Origin: an uncultured Gammaproteobacteria bacterium
GTDB taxonomy: Bacteria; Patescibacteriota; Microgenomatia; CAZETR01; Amesbacteraceae
Assembly: GCA_964356225.1 (NCBI GenBank)
Contig: CAYHGA010000001.1
Location: forward strand, 104,220 to 168,219
Length of the DNA: 64,000 nucleotides
Direction of reading: 5' to 3'
A model generated the notes under the pieces. The model searched no databases, was not told the origin of the DNA, and was given only the letters and a program-made list of their open reading frames with translations. Position 1 is the stretch's first letter. Every line of letters begins with the position of its first letter. Shown here piece after piece: positions 38,049 to 47,242 of this stretch. The translations under genes and the position numbers were made by a program.

Positions 38049-40424
38049 CTAGGGGGTGGTTTCAGGAACTAGACGAACTTTCTCTTCTTTTTGAGCACTG
38101 AGTATTTCTGAAGGCTTGGTGGTAATGAGCTTGTGTTCGTCGGGAGAGGCGACGACGCGGATGGCGACGTGATTATTGCCGGCAAAAAACAGACCTTCGC
38201 CCACCTCGCTACTTAATAGTAAATGCTTCTCCCCCTCGGAAAGATAGAAGACCTGGGCGACTTTGTCGATGGCGGCGGGGGATTGTTTCATGAGAACTTG
38301 GATACTGGAATTGGTGACGATGGCCTTGCCGTAATCCGTGCTCAAGAAATCTTCCACGTCCTGGGTAATAGTGGTCAGCCCCAGGAAATACTTGCGGGCG
38401 CGTTTAGCAATGCCGTATAAAAAGGCGGCGGAGTCGGGGGAGCGCATCAGATACCAGGCTTCATCGACAATTAGCAGTCTCTTTTTTAAATCCCGGCGCA
38501 TTTTGGTCCAAATATAATCCAAAATAATAAAAATGGCGATGGGCTTGAGGGAGTCTTCCAAATCGCGGACGGAAAAAACAGTGAAAGGATTTTTGAGATT
38601 GACGTTGCTGGGCTGGTCGATGATGCCGCGGAAGCTGCCTTTGACGAATTTTTCAATGCGGTCGGCCAGGGCCCCGGCCTGGGGTTCTTCCATACCCACC
38701 AGGGCTTTGTAGAGGTCCTCCATGAGGGGTGGAGGGAGTTTTTGGGTTTGGGGATCTGGGGTGATGCCTTTCATTTTGTAGGTGGCAACCAGGGCCCGGT
38801 CCAAAATAGCTTCTTCGGCGGGAGACAAGACGCCCATAATGACCTTAAACAGGGAATGCAGAGAGAGAATTTTTAAGTTTAGTTCGTTTTCATCGGAAGT
38901 GTCGGTGAGGGCAGAGAGGTCGAAGGGGTTGAGGCGGCAGGGAGAATTGAAAGAAAAGTTGATATATTCGCCGCCGACGGCGTCGGAAAGAGTTTTGTAT
39001 TCGTTTTCAGGGTCGATGATAATAATTTCGGTGCCAAACATGAGGGAGCGGAGGATTTCCAGCTTGACCAGGTAGCTTTTTCCGGCGCCAGCTTTGGCAA
39101 AGACAACGGTGTTGGCGTTTTCTAAACTGAACCTGTCAAAAATTACTAAACTGCCGTTGTGCTCGTTGAGTCCATACAGCACGCCTTCGTTGCTGGTGAG
39201 TTCAGAGGAGGTAAAAGGAAAAGTAGTAGCCAGAGAAGTGGTGTCCATGTTGCGGGTGACCATGAGGTGGTCAATACAGGCAGGGAGAGTGGTTTTGAAA
39301 CCGTCGGCCTGTTGGAGAAGGGCGGGGGCGGTGGTGATAAGCAAAGAACCTAAGGTGCTGGAAACCTGTTTGGTGACCTGATTAAGTTCGCTCTCGGATT
39401 TGGCAGGAATGGTGACATACAACCCAAACTGAAAGAAGCGTTCGGCACCTTTGACCAATTGGTCTTGGAGGGAGAGGGCGTCTTCGAGTTTGGCTTGGGT
39501 GCTGGGGTCGACCACCCGGCCACGCTGCAAGTCGGTGGAGATTTCGGCCTCCATTTCGGCAATTTTCCTGCGCAGATCATCGAGAGTGGATTTGCTTTCT
39601 ACGGGGTAGACGAACATAGAGATATTTAAAGAGTGGTCAAAATTAATGAGGGGAGCCAGCCAGTTGGCGGTGACAAAACGGGGATAGCCGGCCACAAAAA
39701 GGGAGCGGAAATACCAGTCGTCGATTTTGAGGGTGTTGAAATCAACTGTAATTACTTGAGGAGCGATGGAGGAGGCGGCTGTGACTTTGGTTTCAACCTG
39801 GGAGCGGTGATAGGAGCTAAAGAAAAACTGAATAAGTTCGGGGGAAGTAAGCTGGCGGGCGCGGAGGCCGATGCGAGCCAACAATCTGGCAAGATGATCA
39901 CGCTTAGGAGAGAGAGCCAGGGCGGCGCGGGCCAGGATTTCGGCTTGGGGTTTGGGCGGAGTTGGGGACTTTTTATTGATAGAAATCAGGGATTTGAAAT
40001 TAGAGGAGATACCAAGCTCCAGAGAAGAGAAGGGAATGGCCACGTAGAACTTTTTGTCCAGGACGTTGCCCTGGCGGACGACGGTTTTAATAAAGTCGCG
40101 ATATTTGGCAAGCTGGTCATGTAAAAGAGAGTTGGCAGTTTTTCCCAGCTGCAGATCCAGGAGGGAAAGATAATCAGAAATATCCTTTTGTTTGGAGGAA
40201 ACGACGATTTGAATGGAAAAAGTGAGAGAGTTAAGAAGCTGGGCGTAGGCATAGATGGTGGCGTCCTGCTCTTTTTCGGACAATAAGCCGAAGTTAAGGG
40301 CGGAAACTTCTAACACTAAGCAAGCGGAGCCGTCTTTGAGAACGACTAAATCTTGAGCGATATCCTGGACGTCAAGATGGTCTTGGGTTGTGGATTTGAT
40401 AATGTGATTAGTTAGTTGGTTCAT
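38049..40424 (-). CDS. VirB4/TrbE/CagE-family type IV secretion ATPase
   Basis: 791 aa. Walker A VVFAKAGAGKSYLV and Walker B LLIVDEAWYLM. The overall VirB4 architecture has a long N-terminal domain. Confidence 0.8.
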   Translation of the reverse strand: MNQLTNHIIKSTTQDHLDVQDIAQDLVVLKDGSACLVLEVSALNFGLLSEKEQDATIYAYAQLLNSLTFSIQIVVSSKQKDISDYLSLLDLQLGKTANSLLHDQLAKYRDFIKTVVRQGNVLDKKFYVAIPFSSLELGISSNFKSLISINKKSPTPPKPQAEILARAALALSPKRDHLARLLARIGLRARQLTSPELIQFFFSSYHRSQVETKVTAASSIAPQVITVDFNTLKIDDWYFRSLFVAGYPRFVTANWLAPLINFDHSLNISMFVYPVESKSTLDDLRRKIAEMEAEISTDLQRGRVVDPSTQAKLEDALSLQDQLVKGAERFFQFGLYVTIPAKSESELNQVTKQVSSTLGSLLITTAPALLQQADGFKTTLPACIDHLMVTRNMDTTSLATTFPFTSSELTSNEGVLYGLNEHNGSLVIFDRFSLENANTVVFAKAGAGKSYLVKLEILRSLMFGTEIIIIDPENEYKTLSDAVGGEYINFSFNSPCRLNPFDLSALTDTSDENELNLKILSLHSLFKVIMGVLSPAEEAILDRALVATYKMKGITPDPQTQKLPPPLMEDLYKALVGMEEPQAGALADRIEKFVKGSFRGIIDQPSNVNLKNPFTVFSVRDLEDSLKPIAIFIILDYIWTKMRRDLKKRLLIVDEAWYLMRSPDSAAFLYGIAKRARKYFLGLTTITQDVEDFLSTDYGKAIVTNSSIQVLMKQSPAAIDKVAQVFYLSEGEKHLLLSSEVGEGLFFAGNNHVAIRVVASPDEHKLITTKPSEILSAQKEEKVRLVPETTP

Positions 40425-40783
40425 GGTTCATTGTTCATGGTTAACGATTTCTTTAGGGCACTAATCATTTTGGATAGGGATTCTAGTTTAGTGTAATAGA
40501 TGCTTAAGTTTTGAGGGTTAATGTATCCTTGGCTTTTTGCAATTGTTAATATGGCGACACATTCATAACATGAACCACGGGACAGGTCCAAGAAATGACG
40601 AAAGTCGTTGATTTTTCTACTGCTTCCTTCGGCGATGTTTAGAGCAATAGATACAACAGCTCTTCTTAATTGGTCGGTTAGGCCATAGGTTTCTTGTTTG
40701 GGCCATGAATTTGTAATGCTGTAAATCTCTGAAGCAATGCTTAATGCTTCTTGATAGACACGCAATTCTTCAAATTTGAACAT
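40421..40783 (-). CDS. four-helix-bundle protein (23S rRNA IVS-protein family)
   Basis: 120 aa. The sequence FEELRVYQEALSIASEIY...YGLTDQLRRAVVSIALNIAEGSSR...FLDLSRGSCYECVAIL matches the family consensus. An ATGA overlap couples it to virB4. Confidence 0.7.
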   Translation of the reverse strand: MFKFEELRVYQEALSIASEIYSITNSWPKQETYGLTDQLRRAVVSIALNIAEGSSRKINDFRHFLDLSRGSCYECVAILTIAKSQGYINPQNLSIYYTKLESLSKMISALKKSLTMNNEP

Positions 40784-40792
40784 TTCTATGAA

Positions 40793-41623
40793 CTATGAAC
40801 TAACTAACCGTGAACTTTCAAGTTGGGCTTTGATGACTATGGGGGAAATAATTTTATTTTCGGCTTGGAGAGTGAGGGGGGAAAATTGTAGGCCCTCCTT
40901 CTCGGCTATTAGAGTGTAGGTTCCTTGGGGTAGTGGGGTAGCAGTCATAAACTGGCCGAGTTTGTTGGAGCGGAGAGCCCGGACAGGAACACCTGCGGCA
41001 TCGGATAATTCTAAAATTACTCCTTCTAAGTACGATCCGGCGGAATCAAGAACTTGGCCAGTGAGAAGGTTGGGGTAGTCGGGAGAGGGAATTGAGTTAT
41101 TGGTTACTTGGTTACTTGGTTCATGGTTCATAGCGGCCGGAGGTTTGATGACTGGTGTTTGGTATTCAGTATTCAATATTCGGTGTTCGGTTGAGGGTTG
41201 AATGGCCGAGAAGGCCAGGTTGGGGTGGGAGAAGATTTGGGAGAAACGAGCAAAAAGCTGGCCTTCGATTACGTCAAGAGTAGTTTTTTTAGTTATTTGG
41301 TTAGTTGGTTCATGGTTCATGGTAGCCGGGGGTTGGGAAGTTTCGGACCAGTGAAATTCTGTGGGAGAGTAGATGGCTTTGATAAAAGCCATGATCCATT
41401 GGGAAAAAGGGCGGCCGGAGACGGGAACAAAAGCCAACATGATACCCATTAAAACCGACAGGGCCATGACGGGCCATTTAATGAAAAAAGGGAGGGGAAG
41501 GCGGTATAAAACCGCAGCAACGGCAATGCCGCCGGCTAATTGGAAAAATTGCTTGAGGGTCATGTCACCCACGAGGTGAAATTCGTATGAAGAAATATTT
41601 TGTGGTACAGGGTGCTGATCCAT
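40793..41623 (-). CDS. membrane protein with C-terminal carboxypeptidase-regulatory-like beta domain
   Basis: Two or three N-terminal TM helices. Two in-frame ATGAACCATGAACC-type micro-repeat patches (MNHEPTNQ, MNHEPSNQ). The C-terminal Ig-like GQVLDSAGSYLEGVILELSDAAGVPV region. Confidence 0.35.
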   Translation of the reverse strand: MDQHPVPQNISSYEFHLVGDMTLKQFFQLAGGIAVAAVLYRLPLPFFIKWPVMALSVLMGIMLAFVPVSGRPFSQWIMAFIKAIYSPTEFHWSETSQPPATMNHEPTNQITKKTTLDVIEGQLFARFSQIFSHPNLAFSAIQPSTEHRILNTEYQTPVIKPPAAMNHEPSNQVTNNSIPSPDYPNLLTGQVLDSAGSYLEGVILELSDAAGVPVRALRSNKLGQFMTATPLPQGTYTLIAEKEGLQFSPLTLQAENKIISPIVIKAQLESSRLVSS

Positions 41624-41656
41624 TTTAAACAGTGCTCAGATAAAAGAGAAAAGTGC

Positions 41657-41899
41657 TCAGGATTTTAACCCTAAGTTTTTGATAGTTGTTGTAAGTAACT
41701 TGATGACTTCTTTTTTACTGTTTCTTCCGTATCCTTCGGCGATATTTGCACCAATTGAACTAGAGGATCTTAATATTTGTTTGTATAAAACTTCAGACGT
41801 TTTGTTACCAGGAAGATGGCTAAAAAGAAGAACTATTTCTTTTGTCCCCTGTTTGGCTTTCTGAAAATAGATGAGATTATGATGATCAAAGTAACTCAT
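41657..41899 (-). pseudogene. C-terminally truncated second four-helix-bundle protein (remnant)
   Basis: EVLYKQILRSSSSIGANIAEGYGRNSKKEVIKLL matches the family core, but the ORF stops about 35 aa early. Confidence 0.35.
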
Positions 41900-41986
41900 A
41901 GGCAGGCTAAATCTATACTGAGTACTTCTCTCTGAGCACTGAGTACTAGTCAATAGTACCCCGTGAAGTCTTTTGTGCAAGTTGCG

Positions 41987-42004
41987 GGCTTTTTCACACA
42001 AAAG
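41987..42004. repeat. 18-bp direct repeat GGCTTTTTCACACAAAAG, copy 1, upstream of mntA
   Basis: An identical 18-mer recurs at 42884-42901 immediately after the hepT stop. Both copies lie upstream of a TTGTAG...TATAAT-like promoter. Confidence 0.55.
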
Positions 42005-42031
42005 TTTTGTAGCCGATGGTATAATTTTATT

Positions 42032-42463
42032 ATGGTTAAGTTGGACATCAATAGAAAAGGGCTGGAAAAAATTTGTCGCAAATACGGCGTGATTGCGGTG
42101 TATGTGCATGGGTCGCAAGTTAAGGGTTATGCCGCACCGGATTCAGATACTGACGTGGCGGTGGTAGTGAGAGATAGAAATAAGTTGGAACGAGGACATT
42201 TCGGTAGCTATAACGTTGTAAATGAAATGGAAGGAGTGTTGAGTATAAAAAACCCCGACGTGAGAGTAGTTGACAAAGACAGTTCGCCAGTGTTTCTATT
42301 CGAGATTATTTCTGATGGAAAAATCGTTTATCAGGAGAACGAAAGTTCTAGGCTTGGATTTGAAGAGAGAGTTTTGCGAACTTATTATGATGCTGAATAT
42401 ATGAGAGAAGTTTATGGAGATTATTTATACAGAGATATTAAAGCGAGGGCCTATGCCAATTAA
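42032..42463 (+). CDS. mntA: MntA-type minimal nucleotidyltransferase (antitoxin of a HepT/MntA module)
   Basis: The NTase signature is YVHGSQVKGYAAPDSDTDVAVVV. It is followed by an overlapping HEPN gene. Confidence 0.6.
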   Translation: MVKLDINRKGLEKICRKYGVIAVYVHGSQVKGYAAPDSDTDVAVVVRDRNKLERGHFGSYNVVNEMEGVLSIKNPDVRVVDKDSSPVFLFEIISDGKIVYQENESSRLGFEERVLRTYYDAEYMREVYGDYLYRDIKARAYAN

Positions 42464-42884
42464 AGAAGAGGTGGTTCGGGAAAAATTAATCAAAATCCGA
42501 AAAATGGTAGACAGGATTGGAAACATGGATTTTACGGAAGAGGAATTTGACGAAGACGTAGATGTGCAAGATTTACTGGTTTTTCGTCTAGAGCAAGCGG
42601 TGGAACAGGCGATTGATATTGCTACTCATCTGGTTTCTGCCAAAGGTCTACCAAGGCCAGGAACTTTAAAAGAATTATTTGGAGCGTTGGGTAAAGCCAA
42701 AATGTTACCTGAAGAAATCACTAAGGCCATGACTAAAGCCGTAGGTTTCAGGAATATTGCGGTACATGAATACGACGATGTTAAATTTGATATTAAAAAG
42801 GTCTACAGAGATTATAAAGATGATGTCCGGGACTTGAAGAAATTTTGTGCAGAAGTGGTGAGGCTTTTGGAAAAAGAGAGGTAG
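42453..42884 (+). CDS. hepT: HepT-type HEPN toxin (DUF86)
   Basis: The C-terminal R-x4-6-H HEPN motif is FRNIAVHEY. The start overlaps the mntA end. About 143 aa. Confidence 0.6.
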   Translation: MPIKEEVVREKLIKIRKMVDRIGNMDFTEEEFDEDVDVQDLLVFRLEQAVEQAIDIATHLVSAKGLPRPGTLKELFGALGKAKMLPEEITKAMTKAVGFRNIAVHEYDDVKFDIKKVYRDYKDDVRDLKKFCAEVVRLLEKER

Positions 42885-42901
42885 GCTTTTTCACACAAAA
42901 G
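42884..42901. repeat. 18-bp direct repeat GGCTTTTTCACACAAAAG, copy 2
   Basis: See copy 1. It lies 26 bp upstream of the 827-aa ORF. Confidence 0.55.
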
Positions 42902-42926
42902 GGAGTGGATGTTGTAGAATTGTGGT

Positions 42927-45410
42927 ATGGCAGATCCTCCAACTGAGACCCCACATCCGGAAGCGGACGGTATCGATCCTGGGGTGTTGGCGTTTGCTCG
43001 GATGTTAATGGCGGCTGGCCAGTCTGGGGTTGGGGGCGAGTTTAGTGGCCCAGTTGATCCGTTGCACCCAGAAAAAGGGATGGCTAGGTATAGGATGTCG
43101 GAGCTGGAAATGGACTTATATAACGAAAAGGACTCGGATAAATTGAAGGCTGCAATAAGAAGGGGAATAGATATTTTGGATGGGATTCCAGACGCATTAC
43201 ACACGGGAGATACTCCTTTGATTATGAGCAGTTTTATTAATCCGCAAGTTAAACCACTTCAAAATACTGATTACGGTTTGTGGGTGGTTATTCATAGCAG
43301 AGTAGCAAAAGCTGCCGCTGACTTGAGAACTAGAGCTGAAAGGGCGGGGGTGAAGGTGGAGCATGAAACCGCAGAACTGATGAGGCAGGATATGGAGACG
43401 GCAAAGGCAGAAAAAGAAGATCCGCGGTATAAAGATCCGCTAATTTGGTTGTACTTGAAGAGGAAAGAGGAGAGTGTGGCTAGGGCGGCGGACGTCGAAC
43501 AAATTAGTGTGCAGAAGTATGAGGAAAAACATCCAGAAACTCTGGATCCGGAGATTGCTTTAATTAGAGAAGGAATTTGGGCAGAGTTTCAGGCGAGAGA
43601 ACGGCTACACAACGCGTGGGTGGACCGGATGACCACGACTGGTTCAAGTGGTAACCAACGGGGGGAAGCCGCGAGTTTATTTGTGGACCCGAACCACACC
43701 GACATTAAAGGTTCAGACTGGATCTTGTTATTTAGGGACCCGGTTCAAACAGAACATGAAGATGAGGCGATGAGGGCAATGGTAGATGTGGCGTTGGGTC
43801 AAGAGATGTTGTGGAAAAATAAAAAAACTCCCGGAGATTTAAGTGTGGACAAGAAAGAAATGTGGCAGGTGATGCTTGAAAGGCGGATACAAAAAAACCC
43901 AGATGTTTTAAAAGATTTAAAAGAATTATTGAAAAGGCCAGGATTTGAAAGTAAGACCTTACAACAAACAAAAGAGGCTTTGAAGCAAAAGATAAGTTTG
44001 TATGGAGATTTGAAAAAAGCGTATGACAGGGAGCTAGAAGCTGTTTCAAAAAAGATGGACCCAAGACACGGAAAACTGGCGGAAGCGATGGTACAAATGG
44101 CCGGGACTACGCCTAGCAAGTGGACTACCTTGGGACAGGGTGAAAGCAATTTGTTTGTGAGTGACGTCCCGGAATTTGATTTGGGTGAAAGAACGGGAAC
44201 TTGGATGCCGAGAATGGAAACGACTCTGGCAGAATATACCAGGCTGTACAAATATTTTGAGTGGAAGAATCCGTATCCAGACAACTTTAAGACATCAGAA
44301 GTGTTTGGGGAGTGGTTTAACTACGTGCTTTCTAGGGCGAAAGGAGACGTGCGAGCGGTGTATTTGGCCTGGAGAAAGTTTCAGTTGTGGGAGGTCGTCT
44401 CGAGGCCAGAGATCGGGTCTGTGAGCGACGAAGAAAGAGGGCCCAATATAGGGGACCCGACGATGGTGGGCGATATTGCGGCGTGGCATTATGGTTTTGA
44501 AAAAAAAAGGGAAAAAGAGTTTGGCCGGATCTTACGGTCTGACGGGACACATAAGGACTTGAGAGGTGAGAGTGGAGTAGTGGGGTCGCAGACGAGATAT
44601 GCAGCAGGACCGCCGGTGACAATTGACCACATTAATGTGTTGGGAGTGCCGTTTTTGGATCATGCCACAGGAACTATGAAGGGAAAACAAGGGAAGAGAA
44701 GTTTGTGGGAACTGTGGTACGAGAAAGGGACGGGATTAAAAGATTTACCCTGGATGGACATAGAAGATCCTAAGGACTGGGTGGGCGTGGACCAGGAGGT
44801 GGCACCCCACAGCTTTAATGGATGGTTATATCAGAGGTTTAATGCGGCGACAGTCATGGGATGGTTGACAAAGTGGTCGGTAACGGTGCCAGATCTGCTG
44901 AAAGTGGGCGATGATGGAAAGTTGGTTATGGAGAAGGTGGTTAAGGCGTTTGATAAGACATTTGGAGATATGGAACACGATGCGTTTAAGAGAGCTAAAA
45001 AAAGATTAGAAGAAGGGGATAGGTGGAATCAATTTGAGCCGTTTACGGTTGAGAATATGGAAAATCCCAAGCTAAGAGGAAAAATCGACCCAAGGGCGAT
45101 TGCAGTAATGGGATGGATAACCCAAAGACACCCTGACGGGTCGGGGAGAACTTCGGGGGATGATAGTAATAGACCCCTCCCAGAATATTTAAGATTTGTT
45201 CCGGGTGATTCGGAAAAGAACAACATTGGTAGAGGGTTGTCTTCAGCTTTTCAAGACTCAACAGTTGATTTACTCAGAGCCTGTTTATTTCACGGGTTTC
45301 TGGATAAAAATACCGTGGTTGAATTGATTAAATATTGTCATCTGGGAGAGGGAGCTGAAATGGAGGAGGCGAGGAATATTTACAAGAGCTTGGGTGTGGT
45401 GAAAAAATAA
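42927..45410 (+). CDS. large soluble protein of unknown function (827 aa) inside the T4SS-like cluster
   Basis: Long uninterrupted ORF with no TM segment, Walker motif or HUH motif that I can see. Charged and helical. Confidence 0.4.
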   Translation: MADPPTETPHPEADGIDPGVLAFARMLMAAGQSGVGGEFSGPVDPLHPEKGMARYRMSELEMDLYNEKDSDKLKAAIRRGIDILDGIPDALHTGDTPLIMSSFINPQVKPLQNTDYGLWVVIHSRVAKAAADLRTRAERAGVKVEHETAELMRQDMETAKAEKEDPRYKDPLIWLYLKRKEESVARAADVEQISVQKYEEKHPETLDPEIALIREGIWAEFQARERLHNAWVDRMTTTGSSGNQRGEAASLFVDPNHTDIKGSDWILLFRDPVQTEHEDEAMRAMVDVALGQEMLWKNKKTPGDLSVDKKEMWQVMLERRIQKNPDVLKDLKELLKRPGFESKTLQQTKEALKQKISLYGDLKKAYDRELEAVSKKMDPRHGKLAEAMVQMAGTTPSKWTTLGQGESNLFVSDVPEFDLGERTGTWMPRMETTLAEYTRLYKYFEWKNPYPDNFKTSEVFGEWFNYVLSRAKGDVRAVYLAWRKFQLWEVVSRPEIGSVSDEERGPNIGDPTMVGDIAAWHYGFEKKREKEFGRILRSDGTHKDLRGESGVVGSQTRYAAGPPVTIDHINVLGVPFLDHATGTMKGKQGKRSLWELWYEKGTGLKDLPWMDIEDPKDWVGVDQEVAPHSFNGWLYQRFNAATVMGWLTKWSVTVPDLLKVGDDGKLVMEKVVKAFDKTFGDMEHDAFKRAKKRLEEGDRWNQFEPFTVENMENPKLRGKIDPRAIAVMGWITQRHPDGSGRTSGDDSNRPLPEYLRFVPGDSEKNNIGRGLSSAFQDSTVDLLRACLFHGFLDKNTVVELIKYCHLGEGAEMEEARNIYKSLGVVKK

Positions 45411-45420
45411 TTTAGGAATT

Positions 45421-47211
45421 TTATCCCCTTCTTATTTTTCCGCTTAGACTGTCCACAAAGTCTGAATAGCCTTTGCCGAGTCTGCCGGCAGGGATAAACA
45501 CGCCAGGTTTGGATGGGTCTGGAATCATTAACCCAGAGCGAATACCTATTTGGGTACCTACATATGATGCTCCAGTACCGGCGCCCTCTCTGAATGGCAT
45601 GGTGGCTTCTCCGAATGCTGCCCCATACTTAAAGGCGGGAATCTTGAGGGCGTCACGGATCATATCTGCAATCTTGGGGGTGAGAGAAAAAATTACGAAT
45701 CCCGTGCCTAGAGATATTAAAACACTAATTTCTCCTGAACCGCCCATATAGGGGAGAGATAGATTTATTCCACCTAAGTCCCAAAAAGACTTAAGCCCAA
45801 GCATATTGTTTAAAAAAATATTTCCTGACAAGATATTTTGGAGCAGGAACATAATGGGTACGACCGCAAAAACAGAAGCGTTGGCGATTAAATTTCGGAG
45901 CCATGGCCCGAATCCCTGTTGGCCAGGAACGAGATCAAGCATGATTTGGAGGGGGGCTATAACTATTTGAAGGACGATCATTACATAGGCCTTGATAAGC
46001 ATCCAGAGTATTTTCCAGAGAATGATCAAGAAATATATAAAAATTATTGCAATGATGACGGCCCCCAACAATAGACTGCCCCCGGCCGTGAAACCAGCTA
46101 GGGCTATGGAAAATATACCTACTATTAACAAGGAAAAGAACAGGGTGGGAAGGGTTTGAACTGCTGCATAGAGAGCAAAGGGAATGTTGGTAGTAATGTT
46201 TATAGTTCCAGGGAGATTGGTTGTCAGTTGATTTAGACCAAGCATGCCAATAAAGGCCACAATAATCACATAAACAAGGTCAATGACAAAGCCGGCGATG
46301 GCGAAGGAGAAAGTGACTAAAAGCATAGTGATGATGAGCTTGGGGATCATGGTTTGGAGAGAGACGACGGTTTGGGGATTGATTTTGACCCGGAACATAA
46401 TTAGGAAACCAGAGGCGACTAGAAGGATAACCATGACCAGATAGGCCATGTTGCGGGAAGCGGTCCAGAGAGCGCGGACGGCGGAGCCGGAATTGCCGCC
46501 CAAACCACTGAAGCCGTATCCACCGGACTGGGCATAGGCGGGCTGGACGCCAGTGCCAAGGTCAAATAGGCGGGTGGCCATATATTTGATTTCGCCGATA
46601 CCAGAGGCGGGAGGGTTAGAGTAGAGAGCAGAAATGCCGCCGGCGAAAAGACCGGCGGGGCCGAGCTTGGCATAATCTTGGATGGTGGGGAGTTGGCCAG
46701 AGACAGCATCCTTGATAACTTTTTCAATGGCAGTAATAAAATCGAAAAAATCTGTAGCCGTATGAATATTGGCAGCGGGGTTTAACATAGTGGCGATGCT
46801 ATTGATGATCCAGTTAATTTGAGCGTAGGTGTAACGTTCGCCAAAGATATCCGATTCGTTGGTAGGATCTAAAACTTTTTTGGAAAATTGAGAGGGGTTT
46901 TGACTATACCATGGTCCGTCGGTCTGGTTCTCAAAAAGTTTAGAAATTGCCTGGCAAGTTTGTAATGACATCCCTGGGGGAAGAACGGCACAAAAATCGG
47001 CGGAGGCGGGAGGTGGAGCGGTGGAACAGTCGGAAGCTGGAGAACAGCAAGCAAGGGGATTGCTCGTGCCACACGTGACACCGCCGGAAATTGAACAAGT
47101 TCCCCCCGTGACATTAATCGTTCCACAGGCGGCAAAAGTGGGGGTAGCGGATGAGAGCAGGAGAGTAAAAGAGTAGAAGAGTGTAAGTAAAAACAGGGCA
47201 GATTTTTTCAT
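45421..47211 (-). CDS. TrbL/VirB6-like polytopic membrane protein with Cys-rich secreted N-terminal module
   Basis: Signal peptide, then CGT...C..SGG..CG..NPLACCSP..DCS, then at least 6 TM helices with Gly-rich loops. Confidence 0.45.
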   Translation of the reverse strand: MKKSALFLLTLFYSFTLLLSSATPTFAACGTINVTGGTCSISGGVTCGTSNPLACCSPASDCSTAPPPASADFCAVLPPGMSLQTCQAISKLFENQTDGPWYSQNPSQFSKKVLDPTNESDIFGERYTYAQINWIINSIATMLNPAANIHTATDFFDFITAIEKVIKDAVSGQLPTIQDYAKLGPAGLFAGGISALYSNPPASGIGEIKYMATRLFDLGTGVQPAYAQSGGYGFSGLGGNSGSAVRALWTASRNMAYLVMVILLVASGFLIMFRVKINPQTVVSLQTMIPKLIITMLLVTFSFAIAGFVIDLVYVIIVAFIGMLGLNQLTTNLPGTINITTNIPFALYAAVQTLPTLFFSLLIVGIFSIALAGFTAGGSLLLGAVIIAIIFIYFLIILWKILWMLIKAYVMIVLQIVIAPLQIMLDLVPGQQGFGPWLRNLIANASVFAVVPIMFLLQNILSGNIFLNNMLGLKSFWDLGGINLSLPYMGGSGEISVLISLGTGFVIFSLTPKIADMIRDALKIPAFKYGAAFGEATMPFREGAGTGASYVGTQIGIRSGLMIPDPSKPGVFIPAGRLGKGYSDFVDSLSGKIRRG

Positions 47212-47242
47212 TGATATTACTTTAGCATAAATTTATCGAATA

